From: an uncultured Planctomycetaceae bacterium
GTDB taxonomy: Bacteria > Planctomycetota > Planctomycetia > Isosphaerales > Isosphaeraceae
DNA length: 64,000 nt
Direction: 5' to 3'
Assembly: GCA_963833985.1 (NCBI GenBank)
Contig: CAWIAD010000002.1
Coordinates: forward strand, 4,576,001 to 4,640,000
The notes under the pieces were generated by a model. The model was not told the origin of the DNA. It was given only the letters and a program-made list of their open reading frames with translations, and did not search any database. Positions 33,449 to 42,548 of this stretch are shown one piece after another. Both the position numbers and the translations under genes were made by a program. Numbering within the stretch: the stretch's first letter is position 1; every line of letters starts with the position of its first letter.

Positions 33449-33725
33449 TCTCGCGGCTGCGTCCCGGCGCAGCCAGCGGGCCAGGAACTGGCACCCCTAC
33501 GTGGCTGGGGACACTGCCGGCAGCTCACTCGGGGATGGCCGCACTGGCCGGGGAACCCGCCGACGGTTCCCCCTGGATCCCGATCCGAGAAGGAAATCGG
33601 GCCGCTTCCGCTCGCCTGTCGCTACTGATACAACACCATTGTGTTCATCTTCCGCGGCAAGGCGATGGCCCCGGCCGGTTCCAGGCCGGGCCAATCTCGA
33701 CGCGCCGGACTCGAGGAGCCCTCCC

Positions 33726-35198
33726 ATGCGCAGATACCTCTGGCCCGTCCCCCTGTGTTGCTTCGTGGTTGCCCTGGCCATCGGCCAGGCCTCGTCCCAG
33801 GACGTGAAGGGGCCCGGCTCCAGACAGCCGAGTCCGCAGCAACTGGCCACGCAGCAAGATCACCAGAAAATGCTGGAGATGCTCCACATCAAGACGCTCC
33901 GGCGGGGTGCCGACGGCATGAACCGGCAGGCGCCCAACGCCGCCAACTACGACGAGTCGAAGGCCAACCCGTTCCCCGACCTGCCCGATCCCCTGGTCCT
34001 GAAGAACGGCCAGCGCGTCACCTCGCCGGAGATGTGGTGGAACCAGCGCAGGCCTGAGATCGTGGAGGAGTTCGACCGCGAGATCTACGGCCGCGTTCCC
34101 AGGGAAACGCCCAGGGTGAACTGGGAGGTCACCGAGACCGTCCGCGAGAAGAACGGCGATTTCCCGGTCATCACCCGAAGGCTGGTAGGGCATGTCGACA
34201 ATTCCAACGACCCGGACATCACCGTGGATATCCAGCTCACCCTCACGACGCCGGCGAACGCCAGCGGTCCGGTTCCCGTGATGCTGGAGTTCGGCTTCGG
34301 CATGTTCCGGCCGGGCGGGCCAGGCACCGGCAAGGCCGCCGTCAAATCCGCACCAAAGAACGCCACCAGGAAAGCTCCGGCCTTTGATCTCGCGGCTTTC
34401 ACCCAGTGGCAGCGACTCGTCCTTGCCAGGGGCTGGGGCTACGCCATCATCGTCCCCAACAGCATCCAGGCCGACAACGGCGCGGGGCTGACCAAGGGGA
34501 TCATCGGGCTCTGCAACAAGGGGCAGTGGCGCAAGCCCGATGACTGGGGTGCGCTGCGAGCCTGGGCATGGGGCGCCAGCCGGGCGCTCGACTACTTCGA
34601 GACCGACAGGACCGTGGACGCGAAGCAGGTGGGCATCGAGGGCCTCTCGCGCTACGGCAAGGCGGCGCTTGTCACCATGGCGTATGACCCGCGGTTCGCG
34701 ATCGGATTCATCGGCTCTTCCGGCGAGGGCGGCGCCAAGCTCCATCGCCGCCATTTCGGTGAGCTGGTCGAGAACCTGACCGGGGCGGGCGAGTACCACT
34801 GGATGGCGGGCAACTTCATCAAGTACGGCGGCCCGCTCACGCCGGGGGACCTTCCCGTGGACGCCCACGAACTGATCGCCCTGTGCGCTCCGCGGCCGGT
34901 GTTCATCAGCTATGGGGCCTCTGAAGGCCCGGGCGCCGAGGGCCAGTGGGTCGATCAGCGCGGCAGCTTCATGGCCGCGGTCGCCGCGGGCCCGGTCTAC
35001 GAGCTGCTGGGCAAGAAGGGGCTGAGCCGTTCCGAGTTCCCGGCCATCGAGACGCTCGTCGACGGCGACATCGCATTCCGCCAGCATCGCGGGGGCCACT
35101 CCACGGGGCCGAACTGGCCGGCCTTCCTCGAATTTGCCAGTCGATACATCAAGACGGCGGCCTCCCCGGCCGGCCCTTCCAGCGAAAACACCCATTGA
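33726..35198 (+). CDS. Secreted CE15 glucuronoyl-esterase-like protein
   Basis: Signal peptide; NYDESKANP, WGALRAWAWGASRALDY, nucleophile motif GLSRYGK, SGEGG, DAHELIALCAPRP, HRGGH. Confidence 0.85.
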   Translation: MRRYLWPVPLCCFVVALAIGQASSQDVKGPGSRQPSPQQLATQQDHQKMLEMLHIKTLRRGADGMNRQAPNAANYDESKANPFPDLPDPLVLKNGQRVTSPEMWWNQRRPEIVEEFDREIYGRVPRETPRVNWEVTETVREKNGDFPVITRRLVGHVDNSNDPDITVDIQLTLTTPANASGPVPVMLEFGFGMFRPGGPGTGKAAVKSAPKNATRKAPAFDLAAFTQWQRLVLARGWGYAIIVPNSIQADNGAGLTKGIIGLCNKGQWRKPDDWGALRAWAWGASRALDYFETDRTVDAKQVGIEGLSRYGKAALVTMAYDPRFAIGFIGSSGEGGAKLHRRHFGELVENLTGAGEYHWMAGNFIKYGGPLTPGDLPVDAHELIALCAPRPVFISYGASEGPGAEGQWVDQRGSFMAAVAAGPVYELLGKKGLSRSEFPAIETLVDGDIAFRQHRGGHSTGPNWPAFLEFASRYIKTAASPAGPSSENTH

Positions 35199-35358
35199 AC
35201 GGTTTTGATGCCTGGGTGAAACATCTGGCAGGCAACGAGAGGCAGCGCGGGCCCGAGGGGAACATATCTCCGGAACCTCGGGTCCGGTAAGATGCCGTTT
35301 GCGTCCCGGGCGCGGTCCGCGTGGCGACCGCCCGTGTGCGCATGGGGAGGATGCGGCA

Positions 35359-38300
35359 ATGGGGCGAGACTGCGGTTGTTCGGGGCAGTGCGGGCCGCAA
35401 AAAGGCGATGTTTCGCGGCGTGAGTTCATCGAGCTGACAGGTCTGGGCGCGGTGGGTGCCGTGCTGGGCGCCTCGTCCAGCGTTGCGGGTGAGAATCAGC
35501 GCCCGAGCACCAAACCGGAAGACCTTGATCGCTGGAAGCAAGCGCTGCTTGGCCCAGCATCACCGCGGGTTTATGATTCCGCGACGCATACCGATGCCCG
35601 GATGCATCTGGGCGGAGTCGGAACCGGCAATTTCGAGATCGGGGCCGACGGCCAGTTCACCACCTGGCAGCTCTTCAACACGCTGCGCGATGGCGAGCTG
35701 CCGTTTTCCTTCCTGGTTCGCGCCGGCGGGACCACGCGCTTGCTCCAGACCCATGGCGGACCCGGTTGGCCCCGCATCAAGCAGATTGCGATGACCGGAG
35801 AATATCCGGTCGCCACACTTCACTTCAGTGATCCCGAGCTCCCGGCGCAGGTCGAAATGCTCGCGTTCTCTCCATTCTCTCCGCTCGACACGAGACTTTC
35901 GTCGATTCCGGCCGCCGTCTTCCTGTTCAAGGTCCACAACCCCACACAGGCCCCGCTGAAGGTCTCGCTGGCGGCGTTGCTCTTGAACCCGGTCGGATAT
36001 GACGCGGCCGGGCCGATTGATGGTCACCAGCACCCTAACTTTGGGGGCAACCGCAACGAGGTCCTTCACGACGCGGGCGCGACGGGTCTGGTGTTGAAGG
36101 CCGAGGCAGGAACGGACCCCACGATCGACGGCAAGGTGTTGATCATCACGCCTTCAAATCTCAAGGGCCTGGCCGCACCCCCGCGTGACTGGCCGGAGGC
36201 GCTGCGTGTCGAGGTGCTCGAGCAGCCCCTGCAATCAGGCTTCAAACTCGACGACCCCGCTCGCACCGTGATCTGGATGGAGGAACCCGCGGTCGATCTC
36301 TCCCTGGCATGGCTCACGGCCGCGCGCACCGCCGTCCGCGCGGGAGCGACTCTCGTGCTCTCCGGCCGGTCCATGCCCTTGCTGAAGGCCTACGGAGCCG
36401 CCTCTGCGGGCAAGCCGCTCGCCTCCGGGACGGTCCGCCCGGACATCCTGTTCGAGGACTTCGAGCACGGCTACACGAACTGGCGGGTGGCTGGCAAGGC
36501 CTTCGGACATGGCCCTACCGGCGGCACGCTTGCCGGCCAGCAACGCGTGAGTGGATTTGAAGGAAAAGGGCTGGTGAACTCGTTTTTTGAAGGGGACGAC
36601 ACCACCGGCCGCCTGGTCAGCAAGACGTTTCCGATCGAGCGCAACTTCATCCGTTTCCTCGTCGGCGGAGGCGTCCGCGCCACGACTCAGCTTCGCCTGG
36701 TGATCGAGGGCAAGGCCGTCCGGGCGACCTCCGGCCGCGACAATGAGCGGCTGCAACCGGCATTCTGGGATGTTTCCGAGTATCTCGGCAAGACGGCCCA
36801 CCTCGAGATCGTGGACGAGCAAACCGGACCCTGGGGCCACATCAACGTCGATCAGATCGCCTTCAGCGACCGGGTTAGCGACCACGCCACGCTCGAATTG
36901 CTCGAGGAACTGCTTCCCGTGCACTTTCGGGATGTGGTCTCGAGGCGAACCGCCGGAGACGACCGGCACGAGCGGATCGAGCTCGTGGGCAGCAGCGACC
37001 GCGAGGGAACCGCATGGGGCAACGTCGGTCCCCTGCGAGTCGTCCGCCGGCCGGTGGGCAAGGGACAGGCCGTACTGGCACTCGGGCCAGTTCTCGAGCC
37101 GGATCAGGCGGCTCTCATCGCCCCGCGGCATCGCGCGTTTGCCGCGCTTTGCAGCCTGGTCGGCGTGAATTACAAGGCTCCGGTCGGGGTCACCCGCAAG
37201 GCGCCTGGCTTCGGCAGCCTGGCGCTGGCCACCACGGCCGCGGAGGCCAGCGTGCTGCCGTCGTTCGATGACTGGAACACCGCATGGCGCCAGTTCGCGG
37301 ACACCGGCCATTTCACCCGGCCCGACGAGGCGCGGACCAGCGCCCCCACTCCCCCTGGCCGGACGACCAGCGGCGCCGTGGCGGCAGGCCGGACGATCCC
37401 CGCGGGCGCCTCGCTCGAGATTCCCTTTCTGCTCACCTGGAACTACCCCAACAAGTACAACGAGGCCGGAGTCTGGATGGGCTGCCACCACGCGACGGTC
37501 TGGACCGACGCGACCGCGGTGGCGCGCGACGTGAGCGGCAACCTTGCCGCGTACCGCGACAAGACCGAGCGGTTTCGGAAGACCTTCTACGATAGCTCGC
37601 TGCCTCACTGGTTGCTCGACTGCCTGACCTCGCAGGCCGCCATCATCCGGCACATCGGAGTCGTCTTCCGGATCGCCAGTGGCGACATCTTCGGTTGGGA
37701 AGGTTCCAACGGCTGCTGTCAGCCCACCTGCACACACGTTTGGGGCTATGAGCAGACCCTTGCCAGGCTCTTTCCCGATCTTGAGAAAGAGATGCGGCGG
37801 ATCGATTTCCGCCATCAGCAGCGCGCCGACGGCGGCATCAACAACCGCACGGACGTTCCATCGCCGCCACATCCCACCGGCGAGCAGCCCTTTACCGACG
37901 GTCATGCGAGCTGCATCTTGAAGGCCTACCGCGAGGCCCTCAATCACCCCGACGACTCGTGGCTGCGGGCCTACTGGCCCGGCGTCAAGCGGGCCCTGGA
38001 ATATCTCATCGCGCGCGACGCCGCCGGTTCAAACGGCGATCCCGACGGCATCCTCCAGGACGACCAGTGGAACACCTATGACGAGGCCTTGCACGGAGTG
38101 ACGAGCTTCCTGAGCGGTTACTACCTGGCCGCGCTGAGGGCCGGCGAAGCGTGGGCTCATCGCGTGGGCGACGACGCGGCCGCCCAGCGCTTCCGCGTGA
38201 TCTTCGAGAAGGGGCAGCAGAACCTTCAGAAGCTGTGCTGGAACGGCGAGTATTTCGAGCAAAAACTTGACGATTACCGCCAGCGAAAAGGTGAGGTCGG

Positions 38301-39093
38301 CCCCGGGTGCATGAGCGATCAGCACATCGGCCAGTGGTGGGCGCATCAGCTCGGGCTGGGCTACCTCCTGCCCCGCGAACGCATCGTCGCATCGCTCCAG
38401 GCGATCTTTCGGCACAACTGGAAGCCCGACCTCACCGGCTGGAAGCACGCACCGCGTGCATTCGCCGGCAACGGTGACAAGGGTCTCATCATCTGCACCT
38501 GGCCGCGCGGAGGTCGTCCAGACCATGTCATGCTCTACTCCGACGAGGTCTGGACGGGCATCGAGTACCAGGTTGCCGCGCACATGATCTACGAAGGAAT
38601 GATCGAGGAGGGGCTTGCCATCATCAAGGGCGCTCGCGACCGCTACGATGGCATCCCCCGGCCGCCGATCGCACGAAATCCCTGGAACGAGATCGAGTGT
38701 GGAGGCCATTACGCGCGGGCCATGTCATCGTGGTCCATCCTGCTGGCTCTCTCCGGCTTCCACTACGATGGCCCGGCCCGCTCGCTGCGGTTTGCCCCGC
38801 AACTGAGGCCGGAGAGCTTCAAAGCGTTCTTCACCGGCCCCGAAGGATGGGGAACACTTCAGCAGTCCCGTGATCAGAGCGGCCAGCGCAGCACGATCTC
38901 GGTGGTCGATGGCCAGCTTCCCATTGCTGAGCTTGTCCTGGCGGTGCAGAACCCCGTCCGTAAGGTCGAGGTCAAGCTGGGAGAAGTCGCCCTGCAAGCC
39001 CGGTTCCAGCGTGCTGGCGACGACGTCCAGATTGCTCTGGAGTCGCCGCAGGTCGTACAGGCCGGAGAGATTCTGGCCGTCCATCTGACCTGA
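35359..39093 (+). CDS. Tat-exported GH116 family glycoside hydrolase with an inserted carbohydrate-binding-like domain
   Basis: SRREFI Tat motif; LGGVGTG, GEYPVA, GWEG..GCC..TCTHVW, NTYDE, EVWTG, NPWNEIECGGHYARAM. Confidence 0.85.
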   Translation: MGRDCGCSGQCGPQKGDVSRREFIELTGLGAVGAVLGASSSVAGENQRPSTKPEDLDRWKQALLGPASPRVYDSATHTDARMHLGGVGTGNFEIGADGQFTTWQLFNTLRDGELPFSFLVRAGGTTRLLQTHGGPGWPRIKQIAMTGEYPVATLHFSDPELPAQVEMLAFSPFSPLDTRLSSIPAAVFLFKVHNPTQAPLKVSLAALLLNPVGYDAAGPIDGHQHPNFGGNRNEVLHDAGATGLVLKAEAGTDPTIDGKVLIITPSNLKGLAAPPRDWPEALRVEVLEQPLQSGFKLDDPARTVIWMEEPAVDLSLAWLTAARTAVRAGATLVLSGRSMPLLKAYGAASAGKPLASGTVRPDILFEDFEHGYTNWRVAGKAFGHGPTGGTLAGQQRVSGFEGKGLVNSFFEGDDTTGRLVSKTFPIERNFIRFLVGGGVRATTQLRLVIEGKAVRATSGRDNERLQPAFWDVSEYLGKTAHLEIVDEQTGPWGHINVDQIAFSDRVSDHATLELLEELLPVHFRDVVSRRTAGDDRHERIELVGSSDREGTAWGNVGPLRVVRRPVGKGQAVLALGPVLEPDQAALIAPRHRAFAALCSLVGVNYKAPVGVTRKAPGFGSLALATTAAEASVLPSFDDWNTAWRQFADTGHFTRPDEARTSAPTPPGRTTSGAVAAGRTIPAGASLEIPFLLTWNYPNKYNEAGVWMGCHHATVWTDATAVARDVSGNLAAYRDKTERFRKTFYDSSLPHWLLDCLTSQAAIIRHIGVVFRIASGDIFGWEGSNGCCQPTCTHVWGYEQTLARLFPDLEKEMRRIDFRHQQRADGGINNRTDVPSPPHPTGEQPFTDGHASCILKAYREALNHPDDSWLRAYWPGVKRALEYLIARDAAGSNGDPDGILQDDQWNTYDEALHGVTSFLSGYYLAALRAGEAWAHRVGDDAAAQRFRVIFEKGQQNLQKLCWNGEYFEQKLDDYRQRKGEVGPGCMSDQHIGQWWAHQLGLGYLLPRERIVASLQAIFRHNWKPDLTGWKHAPRAFAGNGDKGLIICTWPRGGRPDHVMLYSDEVWTGIEYQVAAHMIYEGMIEEGLAIIKGARDRYDGIPRPPIARNPWNEIECGGHYARAMSSWSILLALSGFHYDGPARSLRFAPQLRPESFKAFFTGPEGWGTLQQSRDQSGQRSTISVVDGQLPIAELVLAVQNPVRKVEVKLGEVALQARFQRAGDDVQIALESPQVVQAGEILAVHLT

Positions 39094-39125
39094 GCATCCT
39101 GACCGGATCAGGCCGCGCGGCAAAT

Positions 39126-39725
39126 TCATTTCACACTGCCGGCCGCCTGGATGAGCGCGTCGGTGGTATGACGCTTCACATATCCTTCCAGGAAAAGCTT
39201 GGCCCGGATGATACCGTGTGAGTCGACGATGAACGTCCCCGGATACGGCACGCCCACGGCCTTGCCCTTCGCCGCCGGGTTGCGAATGTGGTAGTCCTCG
39301 ATGGTTCGGCTCTCCGGATCGGAAAGGAGCGGGAAGGTGATCTTCATCCGATCGGAAAACCTCTTGAGGACGGCTGGACTGTCATAGCTGATGCCGACCA
39401 CCTGGACGCCCGCTTCCTCGATCGACTTCAGGTCTTTTTGCAACTGGACCAGTTGCGTGCGGCAGAAGGGTCACCAGTCGGCCGAGCGGTAGAAGACGAG
39501 CGCCACCTTGCCCTGCTTGAGGAACTCGTCGAGCGTGCGCGGCTTCCCTGCCTGATCCGGGAGCGTGAAGGCGGGTGCTTTCGTGCCCGTTTCCAGGCCG
39601 GACTTCTCCGGGGGTGCGGGCCGCGGCGTCTGCTGCGGCCAGGCGGCCGCGCAGGAAACCAGGGCCAGGGCTGTGGCGAGCGTCAGCGTGGCGGCCAGGG
39701 CCGGCCGGGATCGCAATTCAGTCAT
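39126..39725 (-). CDS. Secreted AhpC/TSA (peroxiredoxin-like) selenoprotein with UxxC motif (UGA at 39471-39473 read as Sec)
   Basis: ORFs 39471..39725 and 39126..39443 are in the same frame. Read-through gives APAFTLPDQ...LVFYRSADW-U-PFCRTQL...VVGISYD...FPLLSD...PGTFIVD. GGAGA RBS upstream; SECIS-like hairpin downstream of the UGA. Confidence 0.85.
39440..39456 (-). promoter_or_regulatory. Putative bacterial SECIS hairpin
   Basis: mRNA GCAACUG-GUC-CAGUUGC is a perfect stem starting 14 nt after the UGA, with GGUC at the apex. Confidence 0.75.
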
Positions 39726-39757
39726 GATGTGTCGGTCTCCAGGTTCGAGGAATCTGT

Positions 39758-40666
39758 TCAGAGGCCCGCGTACCAGTCGTATCCCTGCTCGGCCCAGTAA
39801 TCCCGCGGGCGGTTGTCCGTGAAGCGGATGGTACCGACCCGCTTGATATTCTTGATGCCATACTTCACGGGGATGATCAGTCTCAGCGGCGCACCATGCT
39901 CGGCACCCAGCGGGCGGCCGTTCATCTCATAGCAAAGCAGGGTCTGGGGATGCAAGGCGCTGGCTGAGTCCAGGCCCACGTAGTACGCCCCGTCAGGAGT
40001 TTCGACGCCCACGTATTCCAGGAGGTCCGCCGGCGGCCGAGACGGTTCGTAAGGCTGCCCGGAACGAGCCGACAGCCCGCACTGCGCGGCCAGATCTGCC
40101 AGGCGGGCGCCTGCCCATGAGACCACGGTGCTCCAGCCCTCGATGCATTTCAGCTCGGTCGTTTGCTCAACCCGGGGGAGCGATCGAACGTCGTCCAGCG
40201 TGCAGAGCAGCCCCGTGTCCGGTGCCCGGGCGCCGGCCAACTTGAGTCGCCAGGACCCCGGATCGAGCCCCTGAAGGCCAGCATCGTCCCCGGCCATGCC
40301 GAGCACTCCGTTGACTCGCGGGTTCCGGCTCCGGCTCCTGGGGAACTCGGGTGCCAGGCGGGACGAACTGAACAGCGCACGCGCCAGTCGCTCGTTGCCT
40401 TCCAGAACCCTGCGCAGGGGCCAGATCAGCTCGTCGTCCGCGCCTCGGGTGACAAGCCAGCGCCAGGCGCCGAAGCCTCCCAGAGCGGTCAGCCCGGCTG
40501 CCGCGAACCCGCGGCGCGTCATCCGGCGCAGCCGGACGTCCGTCGTTTCAAGATCGACGGATGCTGCCACGCTTGCGCATGCGGCCTCAGTTTGCGGCCG
40601 AGCAGCCGAGCCGCCATTCTCGGCTTCGCCGACCCGCGTGGCAGTCTCTTCTTCAGCCCCGGACAT
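39758..40666 (-). CDS. Tat-exported molybdopterin-dependent oxidoreductase (sulfite oxidase family, MsrP/YedY-like)
   Basis: TRRGF Tat motif, LKCIEGWS (Mo-ligating Cys), HPQTLLCYEMNG, HGAPLRL, KYGIKNIK, DYWAEQGYDWY. Confidence 0.9.
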   Translation of the reverse strand: MSGAEEETATRVGEAENGGSAARPQTEAACASVAASVDLETTDVRLRRMTRRGFAAAGLTALGGFGAWRWLVTRGADDELIWPLRRVLEGNERLARALFSSSRLAPEFPRSRSRNPRVNGVLGMAGDDAGLQGLDPGSWRLKLAGARAPDTGLLCTLDDVRSLPRVEQTTELKCIEGWSTVVSWAGARLADLAAQCGLSARSGQPYEPSRPPADLLEYVGVETPDGAYYVGLDSASALHPQTLLCYEMNGRPLGAEHGAPLRLIIPVKYGIKNIKRVGTIRFTDNRPRDYWAEQGYDWYAGL

Positions 40667-41336
40667 GCCCATAAGGTGCATCCTGATCTTGTGCAAGCTC
40701 GACACCGATGACCATCGCACGCAGGTTGTTCCACCCCGCCCGGATCACCTGGGCAATGTGAATCACGAAGAAGGCCACGTACCCCATGGTCAGCAGGAAG
40801 TGCCAGTAGCGCGCTTGCGGGTAGCCGCCCAGCAAGGCGGTGAGCCAGGCCAGTTGCACGGGCTTGTAGATGGCAAGCCCCGTCAGCAGCGATCCCAGCC
40901 CCATGGCGATGACGCCCGTATAAGCGAGGCGCTGCGCTCCGTTGAACTTGCGGCGCGGCAATGGCTCCTTGCGGAGGCCGAGATCGTGCAGAACGACGTT
41001 CCAGGCCTCGCGCGGGGTATCCCGATTGGGAACCAGAAAGCGCCACTCCCCACTCACTACGGTGTAGGCCACGTACAGGACGCCGTTGACGGCAAACAGC
41101 CACATGAACGCGAAATGCCAGGCCATTCCCTCCGCCAGCCGGTGCGGCACATTCAGCCCTTGGTACAGCCAGCCGGGAAAGAACCTGAACAGGGTCAGCC
41201 GGCCGAGCCGGATTGCGTACACGTCGTTGGCCCAGTAGATGAGCAACCCACTGTAGATCATCACCGCCAGGACGGGCGCGTTCAGCCAGTGAAAGAGCCT
41301 GGTCGCCAGCGCGTGTTTCTTTTCAAGCCGTGCCAT
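40653..41336 (-). CDS. Cytochrome b/b6 domain membrane protein, likely partner of the molybdoenzyme
   Basis: RLFHWLN, WHFAFMW, KFNGAQRLAY, ARYWHF, HIAQV; four TM helices carrying His heme ligands. Confidence 0.9.
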   Translation of the reverse strand: MARLEKKHALATRLFHWLNAPVLAVMIYSGLLIYWANDVYAIRLGRLTLFRFFPGWLYQGLNVPHRLAEGMAWHFAFMWLFAVNGVLYVAYTVVSGEWRFLVPNRDTPREAWNVVLHDLGLRKEPLPRRKFNGAQRLAYTGVIAMGLGSLLTGLAIYKPVQLAWLTALLGGYPQARYWHFLLTMGYVAFFVIHIAQVIRAGWNNLRAMVIGVELAQDQDAPYGHVRG

Positions 41337-41412
41337 CGGATGGCTACTCCGGTTGCCGGAATCCAGGGGATGGGTCCGCCAGTCGCCCGGCCCCTGTCCG
41401 GGCCGATGCCAA

Positions 41413-41664
41413 TTACTTTGATGCGCCTTCCATCTTGCCTTTGTCCATGCCGCCCATCTTGTCCTTGTCCATGCCGCCCATCTTGTCCTTGTCCATGCCG
41501 CCCATCTTGTCCTTGTCCATGCCGCCCATCTTGTCCTTGTCCATGCCGCCGTCCGTTTTGACCGCGGCGCCGGGTTCGGGTGCCTCGTTGTTGCAGCCCG
41601 TGGGCGGGAGGACCAGGCAAGCGGCCAGTGCCGTGCCCATGATCATGCGCAGTGGGTTCCGCAT
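41413..41664 (-). CDS. Met-rich MXKDX-repeat lipoprotein
   Basis: Signal peptide ending LPPTGC, followed by five GGMDK(D/G)KM repeats. Confidence 0.85.
   Translation of the reverse strand: MRNPLRMIMGTALAACLVLPPTGCNNEAPEPGAAVKTDGGMDKDKMGGMDKDKMGGMDKDKMGGMDKDKMGGMDKGKMEGASK
41431..41550. repeat. 24-bp tandem repeat x5 (coding)
   Basis: Unit catcttgtccttgtccatgccgcc starts at 41431, 41455, 41479, 41503 and 41527; the first copy has two mismatches. Confidence 0.95.
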
Positions 41665-41792
41665 CGTCGTAGACCTCGTGAGTGAACGGACCGAACTCTG
41701 GTAGGGCGAAGTGCGGCCCGATCGAGCCGCAAGACCTTCGCGTCAGGTGCTTCGGGCGACCACTCCCAGTGCTCCCCGCACCAGGAGTCTCT

Positions 41793-42365
41793 TCATTCAT
41801 AGAATTTCGCGAGCAAGCAGTGGGCGACGGCCGCGAATCGCAACGGGTCGTGATAAGTTCTCGCCACGAGCATGGCACCCTCGAGCGTGGAGAGGACGAG
41901 CCGCGCTTCCTTGCGAGCGCTTTCGGTGAAGCGCAGGACTCCGGCCTTCCTGCCCTCGAGCAGTACCCGGCTCAACCAGTTTTCGAGGTCGTCAAACGAC
42001 GCCCTCAGCTCCTCGCAGTTGACGGGCTCCAGGGTGTCCGCGTCGGAGGCGAGCATGCCGAAGGGGCACATGCGATTCCCGGCCTCGATGGTGCTCTGGA
42101 AGAGAGCGATGAACTGCCCGAGCTTCTTCCTGGCATCGGTCGCCTGGCGATCGACCTCCTGGAGTGCGAGCGACACGCGCTGGCGGTGCCGCGCGATGAG
42201 CGCGCGGCACAGATCGGCCTTCGTGGGAAAGTGATAGTGCAGGCTCGAGGTCCGGATCTGTAGCCGGCTGGCCACGTCCTTGATGCTGAACCCGTTGTAG
42301 CCGCGCGTCTGGAGGAGCTGCTGTGCAACATCGAGTATCATGGACGCCGTGTCGTTTCTCTCCAT
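41793..42365 (-). CDS. TetR/AcrR family regulator (NemR-like)
   Basis: ILDVAQQLLQTRGYNGFSIKDVA...SLHYHFPTKADL HTH, then RMCPFGML and TLEGAMLVAR. Confidence 0.9.
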   Translation of the reverse strand: MERNDTASMILDVAQQLLQTRGYNGFSIKDVASRLQIRTSSLHYHFPTKADLCRALIARHRQRVSLALQEVDRQATDARKKLGQFIALFQSTIEAGNRMCPFGMLASDADTLEPVNCEELRASFDDLENWLSRVLLEGRKAGVLRFTESARKEARLVLSTLEGAMLVARTYHDPLRFAAVAHCLLAKFYE

Positions 42366-42374
42366 GGCGAAAGT

Positions 42375-42396
42375 CTACCGATCGATCGATCGGTAG
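42375..42396. promoter_or_regulatory. Perfect 22-bp palindrome, putative TetR operator
   Basis: ctaccgatcgatcgatcggtag equals its own reverse complement and lies 9 bp upstream of the TetR start codon. Confidence 0.75.
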
Positions 42397-42548
42397 TCAA
42401 GCAGCGATGCGATGATCCCCTGGCTCGAGGGTACCGATCGAATACCGCGCGGTCCGCGAGCGTCATGCTGGAACGCAGCGACGTCGACCATACGCCTTTT
42501 GCGACGGCTGCGCGGGACGAACCACCTGAAGCTGGGAGCACACCCGAC

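Noticed and set aside
41431..41550. CRISPR array or non-coding repeat
   Set aside because: It is an in-frame 24-bp coding repeat with no spacers.
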